DNA from: Acidobacteriota bacterium
GTDB lineage: Bacteria > Acidobacteriota > Aminicenantia > Aminicenantales > Aminicenantaceae
Direction: 5' to 3'
DNA length: 64,000 nucleotides
Assembly: GCA_018894615.1 (NCBI GenBank)
Contig: JAHIPL010000005.1
Span: 1,062-65,061 of the forward strand
A program made the position numbers and the translations under genes. Below, piece by piece: positions 9,623 to 18,713 of this stretch (positions are counted from its first letter, which is position 1; each line of letters begins with the position of its first letter). The notes beneath the pieces are model-generated. The model saw only the letters and a program-made list of their open reading frames with translations. It had not been told where the DNA came from and made no database searches.

Positions 9623-10123
9623 ATGGAAAAAAGGACATACAAGTTCTGCCCGCGCTGCGGGGCCACTCTGATGAAGGAGCAGGTCGAAGACAGACTGCGG
9701 TTCATGTGCACTCAGTGCTCCTGGATCCATTATGAGAATCCGCTTCCCTGCGTGGCGGCTCTTGTCCGGAATGAAAAGGGCGAGGTGCTTCTGATCAAAC
9801 GGGGGGTCGAACCGGCGGTGGGGAAGTGGGCTCTTCCGTCCGGATTTATCGAAATCGATGAAACGCCGGAAATAGCCTGCGTACGGGAACTGGAAGAGGA
9901 AACGGGACTGCTGGGCCGCATCACCGGTCTGCTGGGCGTATTTTCCCAGGAGTCCAGGGCCTACAACAGGGTTCTCATCATCGGCTATGCGGTTGAGGCG
10001 GAAGGAGAGCTCATTCCCGGTTCCGACTCCAGGGATGTCCGCTTTTTTCCTGCCGATGCTCTTCCGCCCATAGCCTTCTCCAGCCATCGGGAAATCGTTC
10101 AGACGTCGCTCAAGAACAGATGA
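9623..10123 (+). CDS. NUDIX hydrolase with N-terminal zinc ribbon (NudC-like)
   Basis: CPRCG...CTQC zinc ribbon; Nudix box GFIEIDETPEIACVRELEEETGL. Start placed at MEKRTYKF downstream of the inverted-repeat arm, with GGAGGA before the ATG. Confidence 0.75.
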   Translation: MEKRTYKFCPRCGATLMKEQVEDRLRFMCTQCSWIHYENPLPCVAALVRNEKGEVLLIKRGVEPAVGKWALPSGFIEIDETPEIACVRELEEETGLLGRITGLLGVFSQESRAYNRVLIIGYAVEAEGELIPGSDSRDVRFFPADALPPIAFSSHREIVQTSLKNR

Positions 10124-10986
10124 AAGTCACGCCGGAATGCTTTCCCTGTTTTTTCTCCCAGGCGGTCCGTACATGCCGGCATCTTGGGTTGGAGGACCAA
10201 CAGATATGGGACGTTCTGGAGGCGGTCCACCATCGACTTTCAGACATCAACCGGGAAGCCACTCCCTCGCGTATTGGAAAAGACGTCTACCATCTCCTTT
10301 CCGAAAAAACAGGTATTGTAGATCCCTATGAAGCCGTCAAAACAAGCTGCACACAAAAAGCGCTGGCCCTTTATCCCGATCTGAAAAGGAAGATTCGCGC
10401 CTCTTCCGATCCGTTCCGCCTTGCTGTTCGGGCCGCCATAGCTGGAAACGTGATCGATTTCGGAACAGGAAAGGACCTGGATCTTCAAAAGGACATCGAA
10501 GCCAATCTACAGCTTGAATTGGCCGTTGACTGGACGGATGAACTGCGCACCCTGGTCGAAAAGGCCCGCCATATCCTCTATATCGGGGATAACGCCGGGG
10601 AAACGGTGTTTGACCGCCTGCTGATCGAGGAATTGGAGAAACCGGTCACCTATGCCGTCCGTTCCGCCCCCATCATCAACGATGCCGTCGAAAAGGATGC
10701 CCGTCTGGCGGGACTGCATGAGGTCGCCCGCATCCTGCCCAGCGGATCCACCCTTCCGGGAACCGAATTGAAGGACTGCACGCCTGACTTCCTCGAAATA
10801 TTCCGTTCGGCGGATGTGATCATCAGCAAGGGACAGGGGAACTACGAGTGCCTCTCCGAGGAAACAGGGCCTCTCTTTTTCCTGCTCAAGGCGAAGTGCG
10901 CTGCCGTAGCCCGGGACATGGGAGTTCGTCAGGGCAGCCTTGTTCTTCTCCGCTCCCGCCTGTTTGACAGCATCCGTTCGTTGTGA
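10120..10986 (+). CDS. DUF89 (ARMT1-like) damage-control phosphatase family protein
   Basis: N-terminal CFPCF motif and GDNAGETVFD motif typical of DUF89. ATGA overlap with the NUDIX gene. Confidence 0.65.
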   Translation: MKVTPECFPCFFSQAVRTCRHLGLEDQQIWDVLEAVHHRLSDINREATPSRIGKDVYHLLSEKTGIVDPYEAVKTSCTQKALALYPDLKRKIRASSDPFRLAVRAAIAGNVIDFGTGKDLDLQKDIEANLQLELAVDWTDELRTLVEKARHILYIGDNAGETVFDRLLIEELEKPVTYAVRSAPIINDAVEKDARLAGLHEVARILPSGSTLPGTELKDCTPDFLEIFRSADVIISKGQGNYECLSEETGPLFFLLKAKCAAVARDMGVRQGSLVLLRSRLFDSIRSL

Positions 10987-11019
10987 ATACAATAGGAAAA
11001 AATCAGGGAGGTTTCATTC

Positions 11020-12351
11020 ATGTCCCAAAAAACGGATGTATTCGAAAATCCCCCCTCCTTTTTGTCGAGAAGGGAGTTTGTCAAATTTCTGGCGGCCGGA
11101 ACAGCCCTGTCCGCCGCGGCTCTGACCGAGGCCAATGCTTCCGTATATCAGAGCATCACTCAATTGAACGAAAAACACATTCGTGACGAGGCGCCGGACG
11201 GCCGGTACTGGGAATCCATTCAACGCCATTTCCTCTTCGAGGACGGTGTGATCATGATGAACAACGGCACGGTCGGCCCCATGCCTAAGCCCGTCTTCAA
11301 CACCCTCATGAAAACCTTCAAGGTGCAGGTCACCAATCCTTTCGACACCTACGATTACATTCCGCGCAAGAGGGACGAGGTCCGCCGCAGACTGGCCTCC
11401 TTCATCGGGGCCTCCCCCGGGGAAGTGGTTATGACCCGGAATACGACCGAGGGCCTGAATTTCATCGTCAACGGATTGGACATGAAGGAAGGGGATGAGG
11501 CCATCCTCTCGACCATGGAACATCCCGGAGGAACCAATCCCTGGAGCCTGAAAGCCGCCCGATACGGGGTCAAAATCGTAACCGTTCCCATCGGTTTGCC
11601 CCCAAAAAGCGTGGATGAATTTGTAAGCGGTTTTGAAAAGGCGATCACACCCCGGACAAAGATCATCACCATCAGCCACACCGTGTTCATTTCAGGTTTG
11701 ATTTCCCCCCTTAAGGAACTCTGCGCCATGGCCCACGCCAGAGGCATCCCCGTTCTGGCGGACAGTGCCCACGGCATCGGTATGCTGGACCTGAACATGA
11801 AGGACCTAGGCGTCGATTTCTTCGCCACCAGCCCCTATAAGTGGCTTGGGGCCCCCTGCGGTATCGGCGTCCTGTACATCAAAAAGGACTGGCATGATAA
11901 GCTCTGGCCGACCATCGCCTCCTCCGGCTGGGACACCCACACCGACGCCCTCAGGTTTGAAACCCTGAGCCAGAGGGCCGACGCCATCATGGTCGCCCTC
12001 GGCGAAGCCCTCGATTTTCAGGATCATATCGGGAAGACCCGGATCGAACGGCGCATCAAAGCCCTGGCCGCCTACCTGAAGCAGGAGCTGAAAAAAATAC
12101 CCGGCATCAGACTTCACACGGCTGATGATCCTTACATCAGCGGCGGTCTGACGGCCTTTTCCGTCGAGGGGGTGGATCACGGGACCATCGTCGATTACGT
12201 GCGGCAGCGTGACAATATCGTCGTTCGAACCGTGGGGGATGTCAAACAGGGAACTCACGGCATCCGTGTTTCCACACCTATCTATATCAATTACAGCCAT
12301 ATCGACACACTGGTGGAAGGGATCAGAACGCTCGCCGCTCACAGGGGCTAA
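11020..12351 (+). CDS. Class V aminotransferase-fold PLP enzyme with twin-arginine (Tat) signal peptide
   Basis: Tat motif SRREFVKFLAAGTALSAAALTEANA; PLP-lysine motif TSPYKWLGAPCGIG; cysteine desulfurase/IPN-epimerase-like fold and length. Confidence 0.7.
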   Translation: MSQKTDVFENPPSFLSRREFVKFLAAGTALSAAALTEANASVYQSITQLNEKHIRDEAPDGRYWESIQRHFLFEDGVIMMNNGTVGPMPKPVFNTLMKTFKVQVTNPFDTYDYIPRKRDEVRRRLASFIGASPGEVVMTRNTTEGLNFIVNGLDMKEGDEAILSTMEHPGGTNPWSLKAARYGVKIVTVPIGLPPKSVDEFVSGFEKAITPRTKIITISHTVFISGLISPLKELCAMAHARGIPVLADSAHGIGMLDLNMKDLGVDFFATSPYKWLGAPCGIGVLYIKKDWHDKLWPTIASSGWDTHTDALRFETLSQRADAIMVALGEALDFQDHIGKTRIERRIKALAAYLKQELKKIPGIRLHTADDPYISGGLTAFSVEGVDHGTIVDYVRQRDNIVVRTVGDVKQGTHGIRVSTPIYINYSHIDTLVEGIRTLAAHRG

Positions 12352-12574
12352 AAGGCGATTTCCTCTCCGGCTCAATCCCGCCTGCATTCCGTCCGGCAGG
12401 ATCCTTTCCTTGTCGCTGCGGCAGCAAAATGTTGTTTTGCCGTTTTGTTTGGGACTTTATATAATAAGTTCTTTTTTGTCCTGAATGAAGAGGAAAGAAA
12501 AAAGAGTGGAAAGAATAAATAGATCGGATACATGGTTTCAGCGGTGTGCCGGCTTCAGGGTGTCAATCGATTGA

Positions 12575-13777
12575 ATGATGAATGAGGGAATGAATCCGAT
12601 ATTGCTCGTCACGGCGGTTTTAGTCGTCCTTGCCGCCCTCTTTTTTCTTGAAAAAATGAATCATAACCGCCGACTGCGGCGGATTCCGCTGCGCATCTGT
12701 GTGACGGGAACAAGGGGCAAATCCAGCGTGACGCGGATGCTCATCAGTATTCTGCGGTCCTCGGGAAAAAGGGTGGTGGCCCGGACGACCGGGAGTGAGC
12801 CCATCCTTCATCTTCCCGATGGAACGGAACATCTCCTGCGCCGCAGAGGGAAGCCGAACATCCTTGAAGGAAAGCGTATTGTCCGGGAAGCGGTCCGTCA
12901 AAAAGCAAATGTTCTGGTGTCGGAATTGATGGCTGTTCAGCCCGAAACCCTTCACATGGAGTCCGCTTTTATTTTTCAACCCCAACTTCTGGTGGTCACC
13001 AATGCCCGGGCGGATCACCTGGACACCATGGGTGTCTCGCCGTCGAAGATTGCGAAGAGCCTGACGGCCGCTTTTCCGCGGGGAGGGACGGTGTTTCTGC
13101 CCGAAGAAGAGTTGGATCCTGCCTTCGAAAGGGCGGCGGACGAAAGGGGATCCGTCATCGTGAGGGTGTCCACCGAGGAGGGACCGCTTCGAGATGAAGA
13201 AGAGGACCGTCCTCTTGAATTTTCCGTCAACCAACGTCTGTGTGCGGCTGTCGCCCGCAGCCTCTCCGTTGAGGAGAACGGGATTATAAACGGTCTGGCC
13301 GGGTACAGGCCGGATTTCGGCGCACTCAGAGTCTGGGAACTGGAGTCCGGCAAAAAACGGAGATCTATTCTGGCGGTCAGTGCCTTTGCCGCCAATGACC
13401 CTCTATCCACCCGGATGGCGCTTGAACGTCTGAGAGTGAAGACGGAAGGATACAATCAGCGTATCGGTCTGTTGAATCTTCGGGCGGACAGGGGAGACAG
13501 AACCCGTCAGTGGCTGAATGCTCTTTCGGAGGAGAGGTTTCTGGATATCCGCGAATTTGTGCTTCTGGGAGAACCTGTGCGTCCTGTTCGGAAAAAGCTT
13601 CAAGCGGCCGGATACAGCGTTCCCTGTGTCTTCGGGCCGGGTGTTCCGCCGGATGTCCTGATGAACAGTCTGTTTGACCGGTTTGGCGGCGGATTTGTGC
13701 TGTTTGGGATGGGAAACATGGCGGTTGCCGCCGCCAGGTTGGTGCGGTACTGGGAAAAAACAGGGGAAAAGGCATGA
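12575..13777 (+). CDS. pgsB: Poly-gamma-glutamate synthetase PgsB/CapB (Mur-ligase-like)
   Basis: N-terminal TM then RICVTGTRGKSSVTRM, aligning with B. subtilis PgsB RVNINGIRGKSTVTRL; Mur ligase core. Confidence 0.8.
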   Translation: MMNEGMNPILLVTAVLVVLAALFFLEKMNHNRRLRRIPLRICVTGTRGKSSVTRMLISILRSSGKRVVARTTGSEPILHLPDGTEHLLRRRGKPNILEGKRIVREAVRQKANVLVSELMAVQPETLHMESAFIFQPQLLVVTNARADHLDTMGVSPSKIAKSLTAAFPRGGTVFLPEEELDPAFERAADERGSVIVRVSTEEGPLRDEEEDRPLEFSVNQRLCAAVARSLSVEENGIINGLAGYRPDFGALRVWELESGKKRRSILAVSAFAANDPLSTRMALERLRVKTEGYNQRIGLLNLRADRGDRTRQWLNALSEERFLDIREFVLLGEPVRPVRKKLQAAGYSVPCVFGPGVPPDVLMNSLFDRFGGGFVLFGMGNMAVAAARLVRYWEKTGEKA

Positions 13778-14211
13778 TTGTTGAAACATTTGTGATCGGT
13801 ATTGTGCTGGCGCTCCTGTTTGCGGAACTGACCGATATCTACCCCGGGGGCATCGTTGTTCCGGCCTTTCTGGCTCTTCACGGCGGGGAACCGGCTAAGA
13901 TTCTTCTCACTGTGGCGGCGGCGGGCCTGGCCTTCGGATGCGTTTTCTGTATTTCCCGGGTGGTCCTCCTCTTCGGAAAGCGGCGCTTTGTCCTCTGCCT
14001 CCTGTTCGGGGTGTTCTGGTCGCTTGCGGCCGGGCTGCTCCTGCCGGACCTGTTTGTACAGGGGCAGGAACTGAGGGTGATCGGATGGATCGTCCCCGGA
14101 CTTCTGGCCAATACGCTGATGCGGCAGAAGGCGCTGCCCACATTCGCCGGCCTGGTGGTTGTGACGAGCGCCGCCTATTTTGCGACGGGGTTGCTGTCCT
14201 CTCTGTATTGA
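13774..14211 (+). CDS. pgsC: Poly-gamma-glutamate biosynthesis membrane protein PgsC/CapC
   Basis: 145-aa polytopic membrane protein starting MIVETFVIGIVLALLFAELTDIYPGGIVVPAFLAL, similar to the CapC N-terminus; translationally coupled to pgsB. Confidence 0.75.
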   Translation: MIVETFVIGIVLALLFAELTDIYPGGIVVPAFLALHGGEPAKILLTVAAAGLAFGCVFCISRVVLLFGKRRFVLCLLFGVFWSLAAGLLLPDLFVQGQELRVIGWIVPGLLANTLMRQKALPTFAGLVVVTSAAYFATGLLSSLY

Positions 14212-14215
14212 CGGG

Positions 14216-15370
14216 ATGGGGAAAAGACGGACCATGACTTTGAAAAGCGGGCGAAACGGGGGAAAAAAGAATCGCCTTTCCTTTTTTCCCTATCCCAAGC
14301 CGGAAGGCCGGTTGCACCAAAAACGCCTTGTCGGTGTTGCCTGCCTGGGTATCGTTCTCTATGCCGCTTCCCTTTTATTTGGAGCAAATACCGAATTGAA
14401 AAAGGATATGCGCAAGGCTTCCCGTCTGATGGAGCAGGCTCTGGTGTCGGTTCGGGACTGCCGTGTCTCCCGAGGGATCGCCATGGAGGAGACCAGCGAC
14501 ATCAACAGGACGGGGCTCATCGGATGGGAGCATTCACCGATCACCACGTCTATCGGGCATTTGGAGGCGAAGCGGACGACGACCAACCCCAATTTTGCCG
14601 GCCTGCTTGTCTATCTTCTCTCCCAGGCGGGAGTGAAAAAGGGAGATGTCATCGCGGTCGGCGCATCCGGGTCTTTTCCTGCGCTGATTGTGGCCACCCT
14701 CTGCGCTTCCAGGGCTCTAGAGCTCGAGCCTGTCGTCTTTCTCTCCCTCGGAGCATCCCAGTGGGGTGCCAATCTTCCGGAGTTTCACGCGCTGGACATG
14801 TGGCGGTGCCTTGGGGAGGACGGGATTGTTACTTTCAAGCCGGCCGCCCTTTCCCTGGGAGGGGTGCAGGATATCGGCCGGGAGATGTTGCCTGAAGGGC
14901 GGCGGATCCTGCAGGGGGCTCTGGAGGCATCGGGCACCCCGGTTTTTAGGGACAGCCCCCTCGAAAATAATGTTGCGGAACGTATGCAGTTGTACCTTCA
15001 ATCCGCCGGGGGCCGGCCCATCAAGGCTTTTGTCAACATCGGCGGCAGCTGGGCCAATATGGGCACGGATTCGGTCATCCTCGAGGTCGAGCCCGGCTTG
15101 TCAAGGAGCGTCCCTCTTCCTCCGGTCCAGCGACGTGGTGTGATTCAGGCCATGGCAGCCCGGGGCATTCCGGTTATTCACTGCCTGTTTATCAGGGGGC
15201 TGGCGTCGGAGTACGGGCTTCCCTGGGACCCGAAATCCCTCCCACCGGCCGGCCGCGGGGCTCTCTACCGGATGCCGAATGGCCGCAGCCTTGTGTTTTT
15301 GATGCTGGGATTCGTTTATTTCCTCACGGTTTTGTTGTGGGTCGGACTGGAGTTTCGTTCGAGAAAATAA
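14216..15370 (+). CDS. Poly-gamma-glutamate system accessory protein (a family replacing PgsA in three-gene cassettes). N- and C-terminal TM segments, no metallophosphatase motifs. Start uncertain: TTG 14180, ATG 14216 or ATG 14234.
   Basis: Directly follows pgsBC. The large extracytoplasmic domain lacks the CapA/PgsA GNHE/GD motifs. Assignment rests on genomic context and recollection of a pgs-associated family. Confidence 0.45.
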   Translation: MGKRRTMTLKSGRNGGKKNRLSFFPYPKPEGRLHQKRLVGVACLGIVLYAASLLFGANTELKKDMRKASRLMEQALVSVRDCRVSRGIAMEETSDINRTGLIGWEHSPITTSIGHLEAKRTTTNPNFAGLLVYLLSQAGVKKGDVIAVGASGSFPALIVATLCASRALELEPVVFLSLGASQWGANLPEFHALDMWRCLGEDGIVTFKPAALSLGGVQDIGREMLPEGRRILQGALEASGTPVFRDSPLENNVAERMQLYLQSAGGRPIKAFVNIGGSWANMGTDSVILEVEPGLSRSVPLPPVQRRGVIQAMAARGIPVIHCLFIRGLASEYGLPWDPKSLPPAGRGALYRMPNGRSLVFLMLGFVYFLTVLLWVGLEFRSRK

Positions 15371-15378
15371 GTCCTGAT

Positions 15379-16548
15379 TTATTCGTAGACGATCCGGTTG
15401 GGATCGGCCGTGGCCGGATTTTTAAGGAAGGCTCCGACCCCTCTGTCGACGATGTCGGAATAGCGGGGAACACCGGAGACCACCAGCCCTCTATCCGCTT
15501 TTTCCTCGGTCCAGAGTTCGAAGATCTGAAGCAGAGTGGAGCAGTGGCGGCCGACGCGAAGGGCGATGGGCCAGCCGTTTTCGTCGATTTTTTCAAACAG
15601 AAGTCCGTGTTTTCCCGCTCGAACGATAAACCGGTCCTTTCCTTCCAGAAGGAGTTTTCTGTCCGTCCTTCCGCGGGTGGCGTCGAGGAAGGGCTCGGGT
15701 GCCTCCAGCAGCAGGGAAATGGCGTCCGTGTGATCGCCGATCTCCCGGTGGCTCAGTCCCCGGAGGGCCTCGGGCGAGTTTTCCATGCCGATATTGAATC
15801 CCTCCATGCCCGAGATCATCATAGAGGAAAAGGCGGCCAGATCCTGACCTTTGGAATGGGCGACGATGGTGCTGATGACGGGGTACTGGAGTTCGGCCTC
15901 ATGAAGGTCGATGACGATGTCGATCCCCTCTTTTTTAATAAGTTCGGTCATGGCGAAGCAGGTCTGTTCGGTCAGCGTCCCGTGGGGCCGGCCGGGCCAG
16001 GTGCGGTTGATATTCCGAATATCGATGTAGGCCAGTTCCTGTCTGGAGGGGTAGTGGATATAGATCTCCGGATCGGGCCACTGGTCGAGAGGATTGGACC
16101 AGCGATCTCCCATACGGAAAGTCCGGCTGCCGAAGTTGGTTTCGATGGAGTAATCCGTCGGGTAGGCCCCGCCCAGCCGTGTGACCGTTGTCGCGCTTCG
16201 ATTGGTGGAGAGAATGAGGAAAAGCCGCCCTTTTTGAACGACGGCATTTTCGGCAAATATCCAGGCAGCAAGACGTCCGGCGGGTTCCTCCGGATGGGAG
16301 CCGCCCAGGACCAGGATCGCACCTCCCGGTTCCTCTCCTTCCAGGACATAGACATGGGCGTCATTGATGGTGCCGCTTATCCCGTCGAAATAATCGCTGA
16401 GATTTTTGACATCCGTAACCCCGGGGCCGAGAACGACCGGTTCTCTCAGGTTGCGGTGGCGGTAAAACTGTAATCCGGCGGAGATGAGGACAACGAGGGC
16501 CAGGAGGGAAAATGCTGTTTTACGCAGTGTGGCGGCGTGATCTTTCAT
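15379..16548 (-). CDS. Secreted M14-like zinc peptidase (succinylglutamate desuccinylase/aspartoacylase-carboxypeptidase fold). Candidate gamma-glutamyl hydrolase.
   Basis: N-terminal signal/TM LLALVVLISAGL; zinc motif GGSHPEEPAG (HxxE) with a downstream His; convergent with the pgs operon. Confidence 0.5.
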   Translation of the reverse strand: MKDHAATLRKTAFSLLALVVLISAGLQFYRHRNLREPVVLGPGVTDVKNLSDYFDGISGTINDAHVYVLEGEEPGGAILVLGGSHPEEPAGRLAAWIFAENAVVQKGRLFLILSTNRSATTVTRLGGAYPTDYSIETNFGSRTFRMGDRWSNPLDQWPDPEIYIHYPSRQELAYIDIRNINRTWPGRPHGTLTEQTCFAMTELIKKEGIDIVIDLHEAELQYPVISTIVAHSKGQDLAAFSSMMISGMEGFNIGMENSPEALRGLSHREIGDHTDAISLLLEAPEPFLDATRGRTDRKLLLEGKDRFIVRAGKHGLLFEKIDENGWPIALRVGRHCSTLLQIFELWTEEKADRGLVVSGVPRYSDIVDRGVGAFLKNPATADPNRIVYE

Positions 16549-16557
16549 GGTCGTTTC

Positions 16558-16707
16558 CTATTTCAGGCGGAGAAGGCGCAGAATAAAGGGCAGCAGGACG
16601 ATGAGGTAAAGAATTTCATCCTGCCATTTTTTACTGCGCAGAAAATTGATCATCAGCAGAACGGCGACGGCCGCCGCCAGAATGTAGTACATAACGGTTA
16701 TCATCAT
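16558..16707 (-). CDS. Small hydrophobic membrane protein (49 aa); it has no ORF-track entry because it is under 60 aa.
   Basis: Translation MMITVMYYILAAAVAVLLMINFLRSKKWQDEILYLIVLLPFILRLLRLK. Sits 10 nt downstream of the permease gene on the same strand. Confidence 0.35.
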   Translation of the reverse strand: MMITVMYYILAAAVAVLLMINFLRSKKWQDEILYLIVLLPFILRLLRLK

Positions 16708-16717
16708 TCTATTCTCT

Positions 16718-18004
16718 CTAAAGCATCGTTAAAAAAGCGAGTTTTTTGCTGAAGAGGACCATCAGCGTTCCGACGACCGCAATCAGCACGGCCGGGATCA
16801 GACAGTGTTTGAGCATTTCCCTGTAGGGCTCTTCCATGTGGACCGTATCCTTGGTCAGACGTCCGATGATGGCGGTGGGCGGCAAGGCGTCACCCAGAGG
16901 CCAGATGACACTCATGCCGGCCAGAGCGACGATAGGGTTGAGCCCGATGGTGTTGAACAGGAGCACAAGCGGGACGCCGAGCACGGGCGCGGCTCCCCAC
17001 ATGAGGACGGCCTCGGAAACGGGAAGTGTCAGAGCGAGGGTGGCGACCACGATAAACACGGGAAGGGTCACCACTGTAACCGCGATGAGGCCCCGGACAC
17101 CGGTGAGAGTCATGATCTGTACCAGAATTCCGACACAGGTCAGGGTGCCGATGAGGGGGAGGAGCTGCCGGATGGTATCCCGTGCTATTCGGAATACGGA
17201 CAGTCGGATCGGAGACAGGAGGAGGGACAGCAGGGCGGAGACGACAAACATCAGGGGCAGACCCACGATGGGAAGACTATGGGGCCAGACTCTCCCCGCT
17301 GCGATGAGGAAAAAGAAGGCGACAAAGGGAAGAATAACACGCAGCCAGTTCATTTTGTCCGGGGCCTCCGGCAGTTCCTTCAGGGCCTTGTCGAGGTCGA
17401 CCCGTTTGCCTTTCCAGCCCAGAATAAAGATTGTCAAAAGAGAAAGAAGGACACAGGGGATGAGAAGGGGCAGGAAAAATCCGACATAGGGCATATTGAC
17501 GCCGGCCGCTGTGAGCATGGCCCACAGGCTCACCGGAGGCGCTGCGGCGCTCAGCCCGGCGATGATGAACACGATGGCCGCTGTCCTCGGGCGGGACAGA
17601 CCCATGTAGCCGAGAACGACGGCGATCATGCCGCCTGTGATAAGCACGGTGACGCTTCCCGCACCGGTCAGTGCGCCCGGGATGAGGAGGATCAGGGTCA
17701 GCAGTAGAAAAAGGAGAATCTTGCTGTGGTGAAATTTCCTGAGAATGCCACGGATGACAAAGGCCACGCCGCCGGATTCCTTGAGCAGGTTCATGAAAAA
17801 AGTGGCGGTGATAAAAATCAGAATGATGTCCAGGTAGGTGAAGGCGCCCTCGGCGATGTGCCGGGCCGGGATGCCTGCTCCTCCGGCAAGGGCGCCGGCG
17901 AGGGCGGCGAAAAACATGGACAGTTCGGTGGAGATTTTAAATAATTTGGCCAGAATATAGGCGGCCACCATGCTGAGGAGAATGATTTCAGGGGAGAGAG
18001 TCAT
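16718..18004 (-). CDS. Polytopic permease, ion-transporter superfamily type (TRAP-DctM/GntP/DcuC-like, about 12 TM). Probable organic anion transporter.
   Basis: 428 aa, highly hydrophobic, with repeated G-rich helices. The family assignment is by overall architecture only. Confidence 0.4.
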   Translation of the reverse strand: MTLSPEIILLSMVAAYILAKLFKISTELSMFFAALAGALAGGAGIPARHIAEGAFTYLDIILIFITATFFMNLLKESGGVAFVIRGILRKFHHSKILLFLLLTLILLIPGALTGAGSVTVLITGGMIAVVLGYMGLSRPRTAAIVFIIAGLSAAAPPVSLWAMLTAAGVNMPYVGFFLPLLIPCVLLSLLTIFILGWKGKRVDLDKALKELPEAPDKMNWLRVILPFVAFFFLIAAGRVWPHSLPIVGLPLMFVVSALLSLLLSPIRLSVFRIARDTIRQLLPLIGTLTCVGILVQIMTLTGVRGLIAVTVVTLPVFIVVATLALTLPVSEAVLMWGAAPVLGVPLVLLFNTIGLNPIVALAGMSVIWPLGDALPPTAIIGRLTKDTVHMEEPYREMLKHCLIPAVLIAVVGTLMVLFSKKLAFLTML

Positions 18005-18031
18005 GGTTAGTCGATTTTGTGGATTTGAAGG

Positions 18032-18652
18032 CTACCGATGAAAAAGCTTTTGGATTTCGGAAATCAGATCCAGATTTTTTTCCACTTCGATGAGCGGGAT
18101 GTTTTTTTCTTTGGCGATGATGCTGAAACGGTTGTCTGAATTACCTTCCTTGTGGATGAGGAGAATGTCGGAAAAGGGAGCGACGGCGTCGATGCTCTGT
18201 TCATCCGTTGTGTCTCCGGCTGACGCACCCTGGGAACGGCGTTTCATGCCTTCGATGTGGGAACCGATGACGGTCATTCCCTGCTTTTTCGCTTCCGCGA
18301 TCAACGCTTCCGTCCGGCTCAGTTCATCCTCCATGGAAATGCCGGCCGCTCCCATGCCTTTGAGGCTGGCGCCCATGACGATGATGAGGGTTTTGAAAGG
18401 CGTGCCGGCTTCCTTTCCGGCTTTGAGGTCCTCTGAACTGGCCATTTCGGAGATCTCGTAAGCGATGGGATCGTATTCGAGCTTAGCCCGCATGAAGATG
18501 ACCTTCAACATGGCCGGGCCCGGGCTTTGGCCGCAGGATGTGATGAGGACGGGAAGTTCCGGCTTGGGCCCTTCGGGCTGGGCTGTCGATACGACGCTGC
18601 AGAGCATCAGAACGACCGCTGCCGCAACAACCACCCTGTATAATCTATGCAT
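18032..18652 (-). CDS. Secreted alpha/beta protein of unknown function (signal peptide)
   Basis: Signal sequence MHRLYRVVVAAAVVLMLCSVVSTAQP; no recognisable motif. Lies between the LarA-like and permease genes on the same strand. Confidence 0.4.
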   Translation of the reverse strand: MHRLYRVVVAAAVVLMLCSVVSTAQPEGPKPELPVLITSCGQSPGPAMLKVIFMRAKLEYDPIAYEISEMASSEDLKAGKEAGTPFKTLIIVMGASLKGMGAAGISMEDELSRTEALIAEAKKQGMTVIGSHIEGMKRRSQGASAGDTTDEQSIDAVAPFSDILLIHKEGNSDNRFSIIAKEKNIPLIEVEKNLDLISEIQKLFHR

Positions 18653-18713
18653 GATTCCTCCTGTGAAACGTTATTATCGGGAAAATCATCTTATGCCAAT
18701 CCCTTCCCCCACG

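Noticed and set aside
12414-12452. Rho-independent terminator after the Tat-PLP enzyme gene
   Set aside because: The hairpin GCAAAA/TTTTGC is AU-rich with only about 6 bp of pairing. It is too weak to call confidently, although a T-rich tract follows.
16805-17707. 300-aa plus-strand ORF rich in His/Asp/Gly, lying antisense to the permease gene
   Set aside because: It is entirely contained in the opposite strand of a strongly hydrophobic, well-formed transporter ORF. The low-complexity composition is typical of a GC-rich shadow frame.
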